A stretch of 64,000 bases of DNA from an uncultured Acidimicrobiia bacterium (GCA_963784445.1 CAWARO010000003.1:669276-733275); one strand, 5' to 3'. Shown: positions 40,657-50,978, counted from the first letter of the stretch. A program made the numbers and translations. The notes: generated by a model not told the origin, from the sequence alone.

Positions 40657-40682
40657 GAGGGCGGCATTAAAGTGCCGCCCTC
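40657..40682. terminator. GC-rich hairpin GAGGGCGGCA-TTAAAG-TGCCGCCCTC
   Basis: Perfect 10-bp stem between convergent genes. The right arm overlaps the last codons of the thioesterase gene. Confidence 0.55.
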
Positions 40683-41161
40683 CCGGTTTCATTCCCGGCT
40701 TTCTTCCGTTTGAGCCGTTCATCACGCCGCACGTGCGCCGCGCGGCATCGCTCCTCATCTTCCGGAGTATCCACCACGAGCGGCGGCACCTGTTTGGGCT
40801 TGCCGTTGTTGTCCAGCGACACGAAGGTCAGGTAGGCGTGGCTGGTCAGCTTGCGGTCACCGGTCTGAATCTCTTCCGAGAAGACCTCGACTTCCACTTC
40901 CAGCGACGTCTTGAACACGCAGGTCACGCGCGACTTGAGGATGATCAGGTCGCCGACCCTGATCGGATGGATGAAGTCGAGCGAGTCCACCCCCGCCGTG
41001 AGGGCCAGCGTGTTGGTGTGTCGATGACAGGCAATGGCGCCGGTGATGTCGATCAGATGCATCACCGTGCCGCCGAGGATGAAGCCGAGAGGGTTTGAAT
41101 CATTCGGCAGCACGACCTGGACGGTCTCTGCTGCCGAATCCTGCCAACGTTTGGGTTTCAT
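40667..41161 (-). CDS. acyl-CoA thioesterase (hotdog fold, YciA-like)
   Basis: 164 aa. NPLGFILGGTVMHLIDITGAIA motif. Confidence 0.85.
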   Translation of the reverse strand: MKPKRWQDSAAETVQVVLPNDSNPLGFILGGTVMHLIDITGAIACHRHTNTLALTAGVDSLDFIHPIRVGDLIILKSRVTCVFKTSLEVEVEVFSEEIQTGDRKLTSHAYLTFVSLDNNGKPKQVPPLVVDTPEDEERCRAAHVRRDERLKRKKAGNETGRAAL

Positions 41162-41163
41162 GA

Positions 41164-41224
41164 GGTCTTAAGGTCCTGAAAAGCATAGCCCTTCAAGACC
41201 CTAGGACCCTAGGACCTTAGGACC
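41164..41224. repeat. palindromic element built of GGTCYTRR octamers (copy 3, asymmetric)
   Basis: GGTCTTAA GGTCCTGA, a loop, then TTCAAGACC CTAGGACC CTAGGACC TTAGGACC. The central GGTCCTGAA...TTCAAGACC core is shared with copy 2. Confidence 0.7.
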
Positions 41225-41226
41225 TT

Positions 41227-44200
41227 TTACCAGTCGTAACCAATCCACATCGTGAACTTCACCTTGCGGAAGGCTTCGCTGCCGCCGGCCTGCGCGAACT
41301 GCACGTCTTCCCAATCCTTGTTCATCAGCGTTCGCCACGACCAGTCGAAGTGGATGGGGAAGCCCAGGGCCATGGTCGACAGGCTGATGCCGTACGACGC
41401 GCGCGCATCCACGAGGCGGAAGCCGTCGATGAGAACCGGGGAGCCAAGCTCCGGCGCGCCCGTCACATCGTCGAACCCGATGTTCGGACGCTCGATCGTG
41501 GTGTTGTTCGTCCACACCTTGAACGGCGTGCCTTCGAAATGCGCGCCGCCGAGGCCCGCGAAGAGCGTGGCGCGAACACCGCCCAGCACGCCGATCGGCG
41601 TCGCCATGGCGTCGATCAACGGGAAGCGCAGCTCGGCGTTCGTGAAGAACGCGTTCTGGCCGATGAACGACAGGTATTCATAACCGCGCAGCTCCGAGTT
41701 GCCGCCGAAGAACGTGTAGTCGGGGTTCTGGCCCCAGCTCTTGAAGCCGCGCGCGCGCAAGGCGAGGAGACCCGTGGCGCCGAGGCGGAAGTACTTGCGC
41801 GCGTCGCCGTCCAGCGTCTGGCGGCCAAGCAGGTCGCCGATCTTCGGCGACACTTCGTACGCCAGCCGCATGGTGCTGCCCGAGAGCGGTCCGAACTCAC
41901 GGAAGATCGTGGTCTCCTGCACGAACGCCACGCCGAGCGGCATCATGCTGCCGTTGTTGAACAGGTTGCGGCCGAACTGCTCCGCCTGGTACTCGATCGA
42001 CAGCTGCTCGAGCAGCGGATCGTTGTAGCGCTCCTCGTAGCGGCTGAAGCCGCCGAACACCTCGACGCGGCGATAGCGGTTGAACGGATAGATCGCAAAC
42101 GCGCTGGCGCCCTGGACGGTCCGGGTCGCCGTGGCGAGATCGCGATCGATCAGGCCGGCGTAGGCGGGATCGTAAAAGACGCCTTCGAGCTGGCCGTAAT
42201 AGAACTGCGTCTGGTTAAAGCCCTGAATCGCCCACTGCATCCGCCGTTCCATGTTCAGCCAGGTGAACGACATGGTGCGGTACTGCGAGACCGACGCCAT
42301 CAGCAGCGAGAACTGCTGATCGCCGAGCACGTCGGTGAAGGTCACCTGCGTGCCGCCAAAGACATCGCCGCCGCTCGTGACGCCCAGCGCCACCGGCGGA
42401 CGGCCCTCGAGGAACAGCTTTTCGAACTTGCCCTTCTTCTTCTTGTTGTCGGCGACGATGGTATGGGTAAGCGGCGCCTGGAAATCCACGATCGGACCGG
42501 GCGTGCCGAAGTCCGCCGACGCCACCTTGGTGATCTCGTCCTTGCGCTCCAGCACGTGCAGGCCGTACTCGCCCTTGAAATACGTGACGAAGGCGAGGCG
42601 GTTGACCGGCGAATCACGCAGCACTACCGGCGAGATGTTGCCCGAGAGCGCATCCGTGAACTGGCGGAGCTCGTTGGTCTTGAGGTCGAGCGTCCAGAGG
42701 TTGTAGATCTGACCGTTCTTCGCCACCTCGGGGTCGATCGGTTCCGCGGGGTTCACCGCGGTGGAGGAGAACACCAGCGTGTTGGGGTCGAGGAACTGCG
42801 CGCCGCCTTCGTCGTGCGTGCCGAAGGTGAGCTGCACCTTGTTGCCACCGTTGGCGTCCATGCGGAACAGCTTCTCGTTGCCGCTGACGCGCGTCAGGTA
42901 GACGATCGACCGGCCGTCGGGCGCCCAGGTCGGCGAGTACTGCGCGAACGCGTCGCTGGTGAGATTGACGATGTTCTTGGACTCGAGGTCGACGGTGAAG
43001 ATGTCGGCCACGCTGCCGCGCATGCCCGAGAAGGTGACCGTCTTGCCGTCGGGCGAGAAGTCCGGCGACTCGGGCGCGTCGATGGTGGTGAGCGGGACGC
43101 GCACTTCGATCTTCTTCGACACCACGTTCTGCACGATCAGCGAGCGGTCCTTCTCGGTGCGGACGAAGTAGGCGAGGCGATCACCCTGCGGCGACCACGA
43201 CATCCACGGCACCGAGTTCCAGCGGCCGCCAGGAGTGGCGAGGTACTCGAAGCCCATGCTCTGGTCGAAGCCGCTCGTCAGGTTGCGAATCACCGAGCCG
43301 TCCTTCGCGGAGAACAGCACGATGTCGTACTCGCGATCGCGGCCGTTGCCGGTCATGCCGGCAATCAGGTCGCCCGACGGCGACGGCTCGATCGACAGCA
43401 CGTTCGCGAATTTGCCCTTGCGCGGATCGGGCGCGAGGTCGCGGCCGTAGTCGGCCGGGCGTTCCTTGTCGCGGAACGGCTTGAAGCGTTCTTTTAGATA
43501 ACGATCGAACTGCTGATCCCATTCCTCGGGCGTAATCTGAAACGCTTCCTGGTACGCGTCGTCGCTGCCGCCGATCACCGATCGGCGCAGCGCGAAGACG
43601 TAAGCGCGCACGCCTTCCTTGCCCCACTTTGATTCGATGAATTCGAACGCGGCGTGTCCGAGGTTGTAGATGAGACGCGGATTGCTGAAGCCGCCGTACT
43701 CTTCCATCTCGCTCATCTTCGGCACGATGTCGGAGACCGCGGCGTCGCGCACCGTCATCATGTCGAGCGGGCGCCAGTAGCCGGTCATGTAGTCCGACAT
43801 GCCTTCGAACACCCACAGCGGCATGTTGCGGCGGATGAGGCCCGTCGGGATGATGTCGAACTGGAACTGGTGCGTGAGCTCGTGAACGATCAGACGATAG
43901 AGCAGATCGGGCGGCTCGTCGATCGGCATCAGGATGCGGTAACGCCCCGGCTCGGCAAACGCGCCGACGCCTTCCTGCGCCGCGCCCGGGATCACGTTCT
44001 GCTGCCAGAACTCGCTGGCCGTCGAGAACAGGATGAGCGGCAGCTTCATCGACAGGTCGTGCTTCAACTCGGAGCTGACGTGCTGATAGGCGCTCTCGGC
44101 GTAGCCCGCGATCCGCTCGAGGTGCGGCTCGATCTCCGGGTAGTAATAGATCTCGAAGTGTTCGGTCTGGTAGGTATGCCAGTCGAAGTTGTCGTAGCGG

Positions 44201-44322
44201 ATCTGATTCTTCCCGAAATACGGGATGTAGGCGGTTTGCGCACTCGCCAACCCCGCCATCGGGATCAGGAACCAGACAGCCAAGATTAGGCGCGCCAACA
44301 CGGTCCGCTGCGGGGTACCCAT
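41227..44322 (-). CDS. zincin-like peptidase (HExxH) + PD40/TolB-like beta-propeller + Omp85-type C-terminal barrel fusion protein
   Basis: ATG at 44322 follows AAGGAG. Signal peptide, LIVHELTHQF motif, PD40-like repeats (SPDGK, APDGRSIVY), and a surface-antigen-like C-terminus ending ...MWIGYDW. Confidence 0.78.
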   Translation of the reverse strand: MGTPQRTVLARLILAVWFLIPMAGLASAQTAYIPYFGKNQIRYDNFDWHTYQTEHFEIYYYPEIEPHLERIAGYAESAYQHVSSELKHDLSMKLPLILFSTASEFWQQNVIPGAAQEGVGAFAEPGRYRILMPIDEPPDLLYRLIVHELTHQFQFDIIPTGLIRRNMPLWVFEGMSDYMTGYWRPLDMMTVRDAAVSDIVPKMSEMEEYGGFSNPRLIYNLGHAAFEFIESKWGKEGVRAYVFALRRSVIGGSDDAYQEAFQITPEEWDQQFDRYLKERFKPFRDKERPADYGRDLAPDPRKGKFANVLSIEPSPSGDLIAGMTGNGRDREYDIVLFSAKDGSVIRNLTSGFDQSMGFEYLATPGGRWNSVPWMSWSPQGDRLAYFVRTEKDRSLIVQNVVSKKIEVRVPLTTIDAPESPDFSPDGKTVTFSGMRGSVADIFTVDLESKNIVNLTSDAFAQYSPTWAPDGRSIVYLTRVSGNEKLFRMDANGGNKVQLTFGTHDEGGAQFLDPNTLVFSSTAVNPAEPIDPEVAKNGQIYNLWTLDLKTNELRQFTDALSGNISPVVLRDSPVNRLAFVTYFKGEYGLHVLERKDEITKVASADFGTPGPIVDFQAPLTHTIVADNKKKKGKFEKLFLEGRPPVALGVTSGGDVFGGTQVTFTDVLGDQQFSLLMASVSQYRTMSFTWLNMERRMQWAIQGFNQTQFYYGQLEGVFYDPAYAGLIDRDLATATRTVQGASAFAIYPFNRYRRVEVFGGFSRYEERYNDPLLEQLSIEYQAEQFGRNLFNNGSMMPLGVAFVQETTIFREFGPLSGSTMRLAYEVSPKIGDLLGRQTLDGDARKYFRLGATGLLALRARGFKSWGQNPDYTFFGGNSELRGYEYLSFIGQNAFFTNAELRFPLIDAMATPIGVLGGVRATLFAGLGGAHFEGTPFKVWTNNTTIERPNIGFDDVTGAPELGSPVLIDGFRLVDARASYGISLSTMALGFPIHFDWSWRTLMNKDWEDVQFAQAGGSEAFRKVKFTMWIGYDW

Positions 44323-44807
44323 AGATTCTCCTTGCTGCATCTTACTGATCCTCAGTCGATGGCCGCAATCGACTGACAACCGCAGAGCAAGATCCGATCC
44401 GCTGGATTTCGTCCTTTCCTTGTGACGAGCGTGGCGCGTGGACGGCCGGATTTCCGTGCATTTTCGCGGGTTTCCCTCAGCGAGACCACTGACGTGATCC
44501 GTGGACATTTACGTCCGTTGACGATTCGCCACCGTCGATTGAGGCACAATACGAGGATGGAAGACTTGCAAGGTTCCACCGGTTCCATCGGTTCCAACGG
44601 GTTGGGTTCTCCGGGCGACACGGGTACGCCGCCCAGTGGGCCGACGTCGAAGGCGCGAATGATCGCCGTGGCGGTGACCGCCGTGGCGTTGCTCGCCATC
44701 GCCATTCCGTTCGTGTGGGAGCCGCACGTCGATGCCGAGCCAACCGCCACGCCGCGGAGGTGACGCCGGCCGCGTCGCACGACAGCCCCACCGAAGGCGC
44801 GGCGTGC

Positions 44808-45230
44808 ATGGCGAACGCGAAGCCCGCGAACTTCGACTTCACGTTGAAGGACGTCGACGGCAACCAGGTGTCGCTCGCGAGCTACAAAGGCAAGGTAGTG
44901 CTGCTCAATTTCTGGGCCACGTGGTGTGGACCGTGCAAGGCCGAAATTCCCGGCTTCGTTCGCCTGCAGGAAAAGTACCGCGACCAGCTCGTGATTGTCG
45001 GTTACTCCGTTGACGACACGGCCGAGAAGGCCAAGGCGTACGCCGCGGAATACAAGATGAACTATCCGATCCTGCTCGGCGAAGGGCGCGAAGATGTGCA
45101 GGATGCCTACGGGCCGATCTGGGGCATCCCCGCGTCATTCATCATCAGCAAGGACGGCAAGGTGTGCCGTAAGCACATGGGGATCGCGCCGGAAGCCGTT
45201 TTCGAAAAAGAAGTCGTCGCGCTTATGTAG
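44808..45230 (+). CDS. TlpA/ResA-like thiol:disulfide oxidoreductase (thioredoxin fold)
   Basis: FWATWCGPC active site. A membrane-anchor segment in another frame upstream (from 44659) suggests a longer, frame-broken gene. Confidence 0.8.
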   Translation: MANAKPANFDFTLKDVDGNQVSLASYKGKVVLLNFWATWCGPCKAEIPGFVRLQEKYRDQLVIVGYSVDDTAEKAKAYAAEYKMNYPILLGEGREDVQDAYGPIWGIPASFIISKDGKVCRKHMGIAPEAVFEKEVVALM

Positions 45231-45268
45231 CGACAAATCCTTTAGGTTTGTCGTAAGATCCAAACATC

Positions 45269-45493
45269 ATGCTAAAGGGATTCGTGAACGCTCGCCTGGC
45301 CTGCGGTTGCCGCCTCGCGTTCCGCGAAGGATCATCGGGAAGTCCCGTGCTCGTGATGCTGGAGATCAAGTCCACCGGTTGCGTAAATCCGCGACACGTC
45401 TCGGGATTGCCGCTCTACGACTACCGCGAAGCGTTGCGTCCGTCGACGCGCCTCGGGTTGTTGGAAGAGGAAGAGTTCGAAGAAGAGAATTAG
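45269..45493 (+). CDS. hypothetical small protein (74 aa, acidic C-terminus)
   Basis: ORF with genome-typical codon usage and no recognised domain. Confidence 0.35.
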   Translation: MLKGFVNARLACGCRLAFREGSSGSPVLVMLEIKSTGCVNPRHVSGLPLYDYREALRPSTRLGLLEEEEFEEEN

Positions 45494-46149
45494 GGTTTCC
45501 TGAACGGGAAGAAACCCACAGCCAGGCCCAACTGGTAGTGATGCGGCGTCCACTCTCGCGCAAAGTCCTGCACAGGAGAGTGAATCACGACATCCGGATC
45601 GGTATAGGTATAGCTCAATTGCGTGCGTACGCTGACCTTGTGATGCAGGAAGTACTCAGCCTTCACTAGCGGGCGCAGCACGAATGAATTGCTAACCGTC
45701 ACGCCGACCGGCTCCGGCACGCCGAACGCCACCGCGACGCCCGGGTCGAGCGTGACCTCGTTGAAGGAGTAGCCGAGACCGAGTTGCGCGCCGTAGACCA
45801 TCTTGCCGCGTACCCACTGATAGCCCACACCGCTCATGATCTGACGCGCCCTGAACTGCCCGAACTCCACGCCGTCGTTGGCTTCGAGTGCGCCGCGATA
45901 GCCGGAAAAGCTAAAGGGGAATTTCAGCCCCGTGCGTTTCTCGCCGGCGGTGCCGTAGCCGATGCCAAAGCTCGGATCCATCCGCACGTCGCTGTCCAGT
46001 GCGGTTCTCGTGGCGGTGGAGACATAAACGCCCGATTTCTCGATCAGCTCCTTCAGCTTGCCTCTCATGAACTCGCCCTGTGCTTGAGCAGGTGGCGGCG
46101 CACACAAGATCAGCAAGAGCGGGAATAGGCCGAGGTAGCGCGCACTCAT
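45490..46149 (-). CDS. putative outer-membrane beta-barrel protein
   Basis: Internal ATG start (MSARYLGLFPLLLILCAPPPAQAQG signal). Alternating beta pattern. C-terminal ...LAVGFFPFRKP. Confidence 0.55.
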   Translation of the reverse strand: MSARYLGLFPLLLILCAPPPAQAQGEFMRGKLKELIEKSGVYVSTATRTALDSDVRMDPSFGIGYGTAGEKRTGLKFPFSFSGYRGALEANDGVEFGQFRARQIMSGVGYQWVRGKMVYGAQLGLGYSFNEVTLDPGVAVAFGVPEPVGVTVSNSFVLRPLVKAEYFLHHKVSVRTQLSYTYTDPDVVIHSPVQDFAREWTPHHYQLGLAVGFFPFRKP

Positions 46150-46357
46150 GCTTCTGGTGGTGCAATTCTCGCGCCCATCCAGGCTCGGCCGTTCAGGCCC
46201 GAATGAAGGGTTTTCCGGCCAGACGTCGCTATTAGCTGTGAAGGCGCATTCCGTTTCGTGGCGAAACAAGGAGCGAATGAGGTTGCGCGCCGTTGCTCAA
46301 GCGGCCGCATTGCAGAGACGCCAGCGGGGCGGCGTGTTGGTCGCCGCCCCGAGCGTC

Positions 46358-47548
46358 CTACAGTTCGCGCAAGGCCGAAGGAATCGGCAGCCGCGCCGCG
46401 CGGAGGGCAGGGAAGAGGCCGCCGACCAGTCCCATCGCGAGCGCGTAGAACAACCCCATGCCAAGCAACTGGGGCGTCACCTGGAACGCGAAAGCCACCT
46501 GGCTGAACGTCGAGAAGTTCATCGTCGACGTCTGGTAGCCGTTGAACGCGAGATACGCGAGCACCCCGCCGATCGCGCCGCCAATCGCCGCGAGCGCGAG
46601 TGATTCGACCAGTACCGACACCACCACGGACGTGGTGTTGAACCCGAGCGCCCGCAGCGTCGCAATCTCGCGCGAGCGCGTCGACACCGCCGTATACATG
46701 GTCAGGATCGCGCCGAACACCGCGCCGATCCCCATCAGGATGGCGATGCCATACCCGACCGTCTGGATCAGCGACGTCAGCGCGCGCGACTGTTGCGCGT
46801 AGTACTCCTCTTCGCGGCGGACCTGCACGTTCAACTGCGGGTTCGACGTGAGGTAGTCGCGGAAGGTGTTGAAGCTGTCGCTCGAGTCGAGGCGCGCGAG
46901 CAACGACTGGAACGAGTTACCACGGCGATACACGCCCTGCAGCACGCGCGCGTCGCACCAGATTTCCGTTTCGGCGACGCTGCCGTCGGTCTCGAACATT
47001 CCGACCACCTGCCACGTGCTCTGCCCCGACACGATCGTGCTGCCCACCGTGAGGCCCTGGAAGTTCACGACGGCGCCGCGGCCGACCACCACTTCGTTGG
47101 TGCCGAAGTTGAACATCCGGCCCTCGGCGATCGAGAACTCGTCGCGCACCGTCGTCGCCGGCGGCTCGATGCCGCGCAGCGGTACGTTCGCGCCGGTGTT
47201 GGTTGAGATCTTCGGGATGTCGATGATCACGTAGAGCTCGGCCGACGCCATCGCCGACTGGCCTTCGCGCCGGAGTCCGGGCGCCTGCTTGATGAGATCG
47301 ACTTCGCCGCCGCCGAGGCCGCTCGTCATCTCGCTGTCGGCGCCGCTGCGCATCACCAGCGCGCGCACCGGTGAACCCGACGCTTCCATGGCGTAGGCAA
47401 AGCCCTGCGCAATCGACAACACCGACACCAGCACGATCACCACACCGGCAATGCCGACGATGGCAACCCCCGACGAGCCGAGGCGCTGCGGAATCGTCCG
47501 CAGGTTCAGCATCGTCACGGCAGTCGTCTGCTTGATGAAGTTGAACAC
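46358..47548 (-). CDS. ABC transporter permease (FtsX/MacB-like)
   Basis: 396 aa. N-terminal TM segment, large periplasmic domain and a C-terminal FtsX-like 3-TM bundle. Confidence 0.88.
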   Translation of the reverse strand: MFNFIKQTTAVTMLNLRTIPQRLGSSGVAIVGIAGVVIVLVSVLSIAQGFAYAMEASGSPVRALVMRSGADSEMTSGLGGGEVDLIKQAPGLRREGQSAMASAELYVIIDIPKISTNTGANVPLRGIEPPATTVRDEFSIAEGRMFNFGTNEVVVGRGAVVNFQGLTVGSTIVSGQSTWQVVGMFETDGSVAETEIWCDARVLQGVYRRGNSFQSLLARLDSSDSFNTFRDYLTSNPQLNVQVRREEEYYAQQSRALTSLIQTVGYGIAILMGIGAVFGAILTMYTAVSTRSREIATLRALGFNTTSVVVSVLVESLALAAIGGAIGGVLAYLAFNGYQTSTMNFSTFSQVAFAFQVTPQLLGMGLFYALAMGLVGGLFPALRAARLPIPSALREL

Positions 47549-47549
47549 G

Positions 47550-48698
47550 TTAGCCTCTCCTCAGTGCGTCGGTGATCTTCAGGTTCATCGCGCTCACCGC
47601 CGGCCACGCCCCGGCGATGATGCCGAGCAGCACGATCATGGCCGCGCCGGCCCACATATCGCGGTTCGGCAGCATGAAGATCGGCAGCATGCCGTTGGTG
47701 GGATCGCCGTTTTGCACGATCGCCCACGCCACCGCCAGCCCGAGCCCGCCGCCGAGTACCGCGATCAGCACCGATTCGCCCAACACCAGCACCAGGATCG
47801 AGGTGTTCGAGAAGCCGAGCGTCTTGAGCACGCCCACTTCGCTGGTGCGTTCGCGCACCGATTGCGCCATGGTGTTGGCGGCGACCAGCAGCATCGTGAA
47901 CAGCACGGCGACCAGGATCGCGATCATGATCGCGCCGATGTCGCCCATCTGTTTGGCGAAGCCCTCGACGAAGCCTTTCTCAGTGGTCGTCTTGGTTTCC
48001 GCGGACGAATTGGCGAACATGCCGTCGAACTTCCTGGCCATTTCCTGCGCCTGCGCGGCATCCTTGATCTTCACCACGTACCAGCCGACCAGGCCGTCGC
48101 CCTGGGCGCGGTTCTCGTTCAGATAGTCGTAGCGGAAGAAGAAGTTCGTTTTGTCCACGCCCGGCTCACCGTCGTAGGTGCCGACGATGTTGAAGTCCCA
48201 CACCTGGCCCTGCTTCGGCTGCCAGATGGTGCCGACGATGGGAATGCGATCGCCGACTTTCCAGTTGAAGCGGCGCGCCAGGTCGACGCCGACGATGGCA
48301 CCCTGGCGATCCCCCATCCACGCCGTGACGTGTTCCGGCGAGATCTTGAACTCGGGATAGATTTTCATGAACGGTTCCGGGTCGACCACCATCTGCGCGA
48401 AGAAATTCGAGGGGTCTTGATAGACGCCGCCGAACCACGATTGGTGCGACACGATTTCCACACCCTCGGTAGCGCGCAGCCGTTCCTGGTACGAGATCGG
48501 CAGCGGCATGATCAGGCTGACCTTGTGGATGAGCACGAGCCGATCGAGCCCGGCGATCTCCACGCCAAATGAAAACGCCGTGCGAATGGTCATCAACAGG
48601 CCAAACAGCACGAAAGCGACAAACACCGCCAGCAGCGTGAAGATGGTCCGGACCTTCTTGCGCCACAGGCTGCTCCAGAGCAGCGGGAAGAATTTCAT
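47550..48698 (-). CDS. ABC transporter permease (FtsX/MacB-like)
   Basis: 382 aa with the same architecture as the downstream paralog. Confidence 0.88.
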   Translation of the reverse strand: MKFFPLLWSSLWRKKVRTIFTLLAVFVAFVLFGLLMTIRTAFSFGVEIAGLDRLVLIHKVSLIMPLPISYQERLRATEGVEIVSHQSWFGGVYQDPSNFFAQMVVDPEPFMKIYPEFKISPEHVTAWMGDRQGAIVGVDLARRFNWKVGDRIPIVGTIWQPKQGQVWDFNIVGTYDGEPGVDKTNFFFRYDYLNENRAQGDGLVGWYVVKIKDAAQAQEMARKFDGMFANSSAETKTTTEKGFVEGFAKQMGDIGAIMIAILVAVLFTMLLVAANTMAQSVRERTSEVGVLKTLGFSNTSILVLVLGESVLIAVLGGGLGLAVAWAIVQNGDPTNGMLPIFMLPNRDMWAGAAMIVLLGIIAGAWPAVSAMNLKITDALRRG

Positions 48699-49384
48699 GC
48701 GTGCACCACTCCCTCCATCAACTGGCCCTTCTCCAGATGCAGCGTGCGCTTGGCGCGCTCGGCGGCATGCGGATCGTGCGTGACCATCACGATGGTCTTG
48801 CCGTGGTCGCGATTCAGCGCCTGCAGAAGATCGAGAATTTCATCACCGGCCTTGCGATCGAGATCGCCCGTGGGCTCGTCGCAGAGCAGCAGCGTCGGGT
48901 CGGTCACAATTGCGCGCGCGATGCCGACGCGCTGCTCCTGGCCGCCGGAGAGTTGCCGCGGATAGTGCTTGGCGCGTTCAGTGAGGCCGACCACTTTCAA
49001 CGCGATCGCCACGCGCTTCATCCGCTCCGACTTCGAGAGCTTGGTCAGCAGCAGCGGCAGCTCGACGTTGCGTTCGGCGGTCAGCACCGGCAGCAGGTTA
49101 TAGAGCTGGAACACGAAGCCGATGTGATGCGAGCGCCACCGCGACAGCTGGCCGCCCGACAGGCTGCCGATGTTCGTGCCGCCAATTTCGACGGCGCCGG
49201 AGCTGGGGCTATCGAGGCCGCCCAGCAGATTGAGCAGCGTCGTCTTGCCCGAGCCCGACGGTCCCATGAGGGCGAGGAAATCGCTTTGCGGAATGTCGAG
49301 GGTCACGCCCTTCAGCACATCGATGCGCTCGCTGCCGCGGGTGAACGATTTGTGAACGCCGTTGATCTTGACCAGTGCACTCAT
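48695..49384 (-). CDS. ABC transporter ATP-binding protein (MacB/LolD-type)
   Basis: Walker [10 protein letters not shown], signature LSGGQEQR, Walker [13 protein letters not shown]. Confidence 0.93.
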   Translation of the reverse strand: MSALVKINGVHKSFTRGSERIDVLKGVTLDIPQSDFLALMGPSGSGKTTLLNLLGGLDSPSSGAVEIGGTNIGSLSGGQLSRWRSHHIGFVFQLYNLLPVLTAERNVELPLLLTKLSKSERMKRVAIALKVVGLTERAKHYPRQLSGGQEQRVGIARAIVTDPTLLLCDEPTGDLDRKAGDEILDLLQALNRDHGKTIVMVTHDPHAAERAKRTLHLEKGQLMEGVVHA

Positions 49385-49411
49385 GAAAAGCGACTCCTCA
49401 TGCCAGCTCCC

Positions 49412-49433
49412 GGCGGCACTGAAAAGTGCCGCC
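49412..49433. other. GC-rich hairpin GGCGGCAC-TGAAAA-GTGCCGCC inside the efflux operon
   Basis: Perfect 8-bp stem between the adaptor gene stop (49444) and the ATPase start (49384). Same GGGCGGCACTTT family as the hairpin at 40657. Confidence 0.45.
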
Positions 49434-49443
49434 CTCCCCGGTA

Positions 49444-50664
49444 CTACTTGATGGTGACCAACATTCCGTCGGCCAATTCCGTCGGCGGCGACACCACCAC
49501 TTGATCGCCGCCCTTCAATCCGGCAACCACTTCGAGCCGATCGCCGTCGGTGCCGCCCGTCTTGATGGCGCGGCGCTCGACGGCGTTCTGCCGCACCAGG
49601 AACACGAAGCTCGCGCCGTTCTCGGTGCGCACCGCAGCCTGGGGCACCAGCGTCATCGACTGCGCCACCGGCGTGTTGGCCGCTTCCGCTTCGCGCAGGA
49701 ACGTTACCTTCACGCCCATGTCCGGAAGGATGCGCGGATCGAGTTGCTTGAACCCGATGCGGACCAGCACCGTGGCCTTCTGTCGATCGGCCGTGGGCAC
49801 CATGGTGATCACCTGTGCCGGGATCTGAAAGTCGGGATACGCGTCGAGCACCGCGGTGACCGGTTGCCCCGACTGCACGCGATTGATGTAGCTCTCGTTG
49901 ACGTCCACTTCGATCTCGAGCGAGCGCATGTCGACGATGGTGGAGATGCCCGTGCGGGTGAAGCCGCCGCCTGCCGAGACGGGGGAGACCATTTCGCCGG
50001 CCTGCGCATCCTTCGAAATCGCCACGCCGCTGAATGGCGCGCGAATCACCGTGTCCTCGATTGCCGTCTGCTGCATGGCGATCTGGCTCTCGGCGACGTT
50101 TACCTGCTCCTGCGCCGACGCGATCCGCGCCACGAGCGAATCGACTTCCGCCCTGGCGTTGTCGATGTCGTTCGGCGTATTCAGGCCCTCCTTGCGGAGT
50201 TCCTCCTGGCGTCGTAGCAGCACGCGTGCTTGCGCGAGCCGGACTTCACTTTCAGGAATCTGCCGCTTCGCGGCCTCGAGCTGCGCGCGGTACAACTTCA
50301 AGGTGGCCTGCAGTGTGGAATCGTCGAGGCGGGCGAGGACCTGGCCCTCCCGCACGGCCATGCCTTCTTCGACGTTGACCTCGATCACCTTGCCGGTGAC
50401 CTTCGACGACACCGTGGCGCGGCGGCGCGCCGTCACGTAACCCGACGCGTTCAACACTGACGCTTGAGTGCCGGCCGCGCGCTCGGTGACGGCCACCACT
50501 TCAACCTCGACAGGCCGCTCCCGGTTCAGCCAATACCAGGCTCCGGCGCCGGCGCCGCCGATCAAGATGAGCAGGAAGATCCACTTGCCCCAGCGCCGGC
50601 CGCCGGCGTCGAGGGGTTCTCGCTCGATCTTGAGCGCGGATAAGTCGTCTGCAGTATCGGCCAC
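49444..50664 (-). CDS. efflux periplasmic adaptor subunit (HlyD/MacA family)
   Basis: 406 aa. N-terminal TM segment, coiled-coil hairpin and barrel-sandwich hybrid/beta-barrel regions. Confidence 0.9.
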   Translation of the reverse strand: MADTADDLSALKIEREPLDAGGRRWGKWIFLLILIGGAGAGAWYWLNRERPVEVEVVAVTERAAGTQASVLNASGYVTARRRATVSSKVTGKVIEVNVEEGMAVREGQVLARLDDSTLQATLKLYRAQLEAAKRQIPESEVRLAQARVLLRRQEELRKEGLNTPNDIDNARAEVDSLVARIASAQEQVNVAESQIAMQQTAIEDTVIRAPFSGVAISKDAQAGEMVSPVSAGGGFTRTGISTIVDMRSLEIEVDVNESYINRVQSGQPVTAVLDAYPDFQIPAQVITMVPTADRQKATVLVRIGFKQLDPRILPDMGVKVTFLREAEAANTPVAQSMTLVPQAAVRTENGASFVFLVRQNAVERRAIKTGGTDGDRLEVVAGLKGGDQVVVSPPTELADGMLVTIK

Positions 50665-50795
50665 GGATCAGCTACCTCAGTAAAGCCAGCAATCATACGC
50701 GAAGAAAAAGCGAAAAGCAATTTTCAGGCTCGTTCGACTTTAACTGACGCGGATGACGGATCGGCCGTTCGGCGTGGCGGATCGAGCGGTGGGAA

Positions 50796-50972
50796 TCAGC
50801 GCTTGGGTGGTTTGGGTTTCTCTTCGGTGAGTCGTCCCGACTGCTGGGCCGCCCGGCGCAGGAGGAACTCGATCTGCGCGTTCAGGCTGCGCAGATCGTC
50901 GTTCGCCCAGCGCTGGACGGCGTCCAGCACGGTGGGATCGATGCGAAGGAGGAACGGTTTGCGATCGGCCAC
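50796..50972 (-). CDS. Arc/MetJ-type ribbon-helix-helix small protein (58 aa, GTG start)
   Basis: Not in the ORF track. Translation VADRKPFLLRIDPTVLDAVQRWANDDLRSLNAQIEFLLRRAAQQSG... matches the common Arc-family pattern. Lies 6 bp downstream of the SPFH gene. Confidence 0.6.
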   Translation of the reverse strand: MADRKPFLLRIDPTVLDAVQRWANDDLRSLNAQIEFLLRRAAQQSGRLTEEKPKPPKR

Positions 50973-50978
50973 AACAAC

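Noticed and set aside
41350-43497. 715-aa plus-strand ORF opposite the Omp85-fusion gene
   Set aside because: High-GC antisense artefact; the minus-strand product has coherent domain architecture.
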